64,000 bases of DNA. Origin: Eledone cirrhosa (taxonomy: Eukaryota). The notes under the pieces are model-generated. The model searched no databases, was not told where the DNA came from, and worked only from the letters and a program-made list of their open reading frames with translations. The stretch lies in NCBI GenBank assembly GCA_964016885.1, contig OZ024741.1, positions 413,664,001 to 413,728,000 of the forward strand, given 5' to 3'. Each line of letters opens with the position of its first letter. Within the stretch, counting starts at the first letter, position 1. Shown one piece after another: positions 61,946 to 64,000 of the stretch. The position numbers and the translations under genes are program-made.

Positions 61946-62272
61946 AGAAATGTAGTGTATAGCATAAGATGTACTGAAGGACAATGTAGAAACAAAAATA
62001 TAGTGTACATAGGTGAGACAGCTCGTAGTATAGGGGAACGAATAAATGAACACTGGCGAGACCTCCAAGATAATAAAGAATCATCTGTGCTCTACCAACA
62101 TGCTAAGATAGAACACAGGGGTAGATTAGAGAGCATAGAAATAAAAATAGAATCCACACACAGAAAAGACGCAATGTTTAGGCAAATTACAGAGGCAGTA
62201 AGCGTAAAAGAATTAAAACCAAAATTAAATAGAAAATATGAGTGGAACAGCAACATCACAACTTACAATTAA
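61946..62272 (+). pseudogene. Penelope-like GIY-YIG endonuclease C-terminal fragment
   Basis: NVVYSIRC....C....VYIGETARSIGERINEH...SVLYQH...RQITEA...PKLNRKYEW. Confidence 0.9.
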
Positions 62273-62579
62273 GGACAAAATGAAAACACACACACACATA
62301 GAACAAACAACTTACAATTGAAAACACACACAAAATGAAAACACACACAGGAGAAAATGAAAACACACACACACATAGAACAAACAACCAACCAACAATA
62401 AATAAATAAATAAATAAACAAATAGAAAAATATAAATAGAAAAATAGAAAAATGAACACAAACACACACAGACACCCGGATGTGGCGCATGCGCAAACTG
62501 AGCACACAACACACACACAGAAACAAAATGGCGTAGGATAGAAGAAAGGAAAGGCACAGAAACGAAGAAAGGAATCCCC

Positions 62580-62624
62580 AGTCACTGAAGAGGTCATAGA
62601 GTGTGTGACGAAAGGACTATGACT
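62580..62624 (+). ncRNA. Candidate minimal type I hammerhead ribozyme in the Penelope-like 3' repeat
   Basis: AGTCA-CTGAAGA-gGTCATagagtgtGTGAC-GAAA-ggac-TA-TGACT. Confidence 0.72.
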
Positions 62625-62776
62625 ATATATATAAACAACTATCTAGTTGTGGAACCAACCAACCAACCAGAAATTTATAAGTTTGTAAATTTATAAATTT
62701 ATAAATATATAATAAATTGAAGTGAAAGCAACTGGTGCGTGTGTTTCTTATTGGCAACATGACCCTCCCAAAGTAT

Positions 62777-62823
<47 letters not shown>

Positions 62824-62826
<3 letters not shown>

Positions 62827-63210
62827 GATATTAAACAAATGGAAACTATATTTATAAAACCATATTTATTTCGTTATATATATTTCTGGGATATCATATT
62901 AAAAATATGGTATGCCTTCCTCAGACAAAATACAATATATAAGCTGTTTTATAAATAATTTTGACATACCTTAGAATAATGCAACTTCCATTTAAAAAGT
63001 TGATTTGGAAGTTGCATTATTCTAAGGTATGTCAAAATTATTATGGAAGTTGCATTATTCTAAGGCATGTCAAAATTATTTATAAAACAACTTATATATT
63101 GTATTTTGTCTGAGGAAGGCATACCATAATTTTAATATGATATCCCAGAAATATATATAACGAAATAAATATGGTTTTATAAATATAGTTTCCATTTGTT
63201 TAATATCGTA
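62824..63210. mobile_element. ~390-bp near-perfect palindrome with a hammerhead in each arm (62867-62932 minus, 63102-63167 plus)
   Basis: ~165-bp arms; TATTTTGT-CTGAGGA-stem II-GAAA-TATATA-TA-ACGAAATA in both orientations; short duplication at the centre. Confidence 0.85.
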
Positions 63211-63295
63211 AACCTACTCCAAAAACTGTTGAGTGCTTTTATATCAGTTATAAAATATTTACTCGTTGTAACCCAACAATTTTAAATAAAACTTT

Positions 63296-63334
<39 letters not shown>

Positions 63335-63337
<3 letters not shown>

Positions 63338-64000
63338 GGATCAGATGTTGTTTACTCGAGAGAAGGCTACGTTGGTACGGTCACGTGATGCGCATGAAAG
63401 ACGACAGCTGTATAACAAAGTGCAGGGCAATAAAGATAGACGGTAGCCACGGAGTAGGCAGACCCAGAAAAACATGGGACGAGCTGATAAATTCCGACCT
63501 CACACGCTTACACCTCTCCAAGACAATGTCACTGGACCGAGACCTTTGGCGGTACTCAGTAATAGAGAAGACCCGCCTTACCTAAATACAAAGTAAAAAC
63601 CTACTACAGTCAGTAGGCATCTCTATCAAAACACCCCCCGTCCCACCACCTCCACCCCATCCACACCGCCCCTTTCAATGTAAAGTTATGTTGGTCCCAC
63701 AACATCCAGGCCGAAACAAATGAGATCGTGTAGGTGTCACGACAAAAAAACACACAGTCCACGCTGTAAATGTGGCCGTGTAGGCAACACGGTAAAAACC
63801 TCCCAGCCCCACACTGTAAATGTGGTTGGTGTTAGGAAGGGCATCCAGCTGTAGAAAACCCGCCAGACAGTCCACGCTGTAATGTGGCCGTGTAGGCAAC
63901 ACGGTAAAAACCTCCCAGCCCCACACTGTAAATGTGGTTGGTGTTAGGAAGGGCATCCAACTGTAGAAAACCCGCCAGACAGTCCTATGCGAGCAAGACA
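63335..64000 (+). mobile_element. Short RTE LINE copy (copy-1/4 subfamily) with a tandem duplication in its 3' UTR; runs off the right edge
   Basis: GIRCCLLERRLRWYGHV...; ~120-bp block CAGTCCACGCTGT...CCCGCCAGACAG repeated at ~63756 and ~63868. Confidence 0.92.

Overview
Eukaryotic, extremely repeat-rich DNA. The SINE/LINE families and (TA)n/(CA)n tracts resemble an octopod cephalopod (inference). The window appears to be mostly intron of one + strand host gene: three frame-compatible exons (4796-4926, 10913-10993, 29704-29802) encode an alpha-helical, ARM-like segment. The rest is transposable elements and their derivatives. These are: five large and several short RTE-clade LINE copies (APE + RT + a C4HC3 PHD-type finger); tRNA-derived SINEs, some sharing the RTE 3' tail; a decayed ZMYM1-like hAT transposase; Buster-type hAT and mariner fragments; Penelope-like RT and GIY-YIG fragments; and a head-to-tail Helitron array (39330-58052) containing a nearly intact autonomous RepHel element. 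At least six satellites/minisatellites are present, most visibly seeded by a fragment of a transposable element. Several hammerhead-ribozyme motifs occur in non-coding fragments, and in two cases they lie in both arms of fold-back (palindromic) elements. All calls are by eye; element boundaries are approximate.
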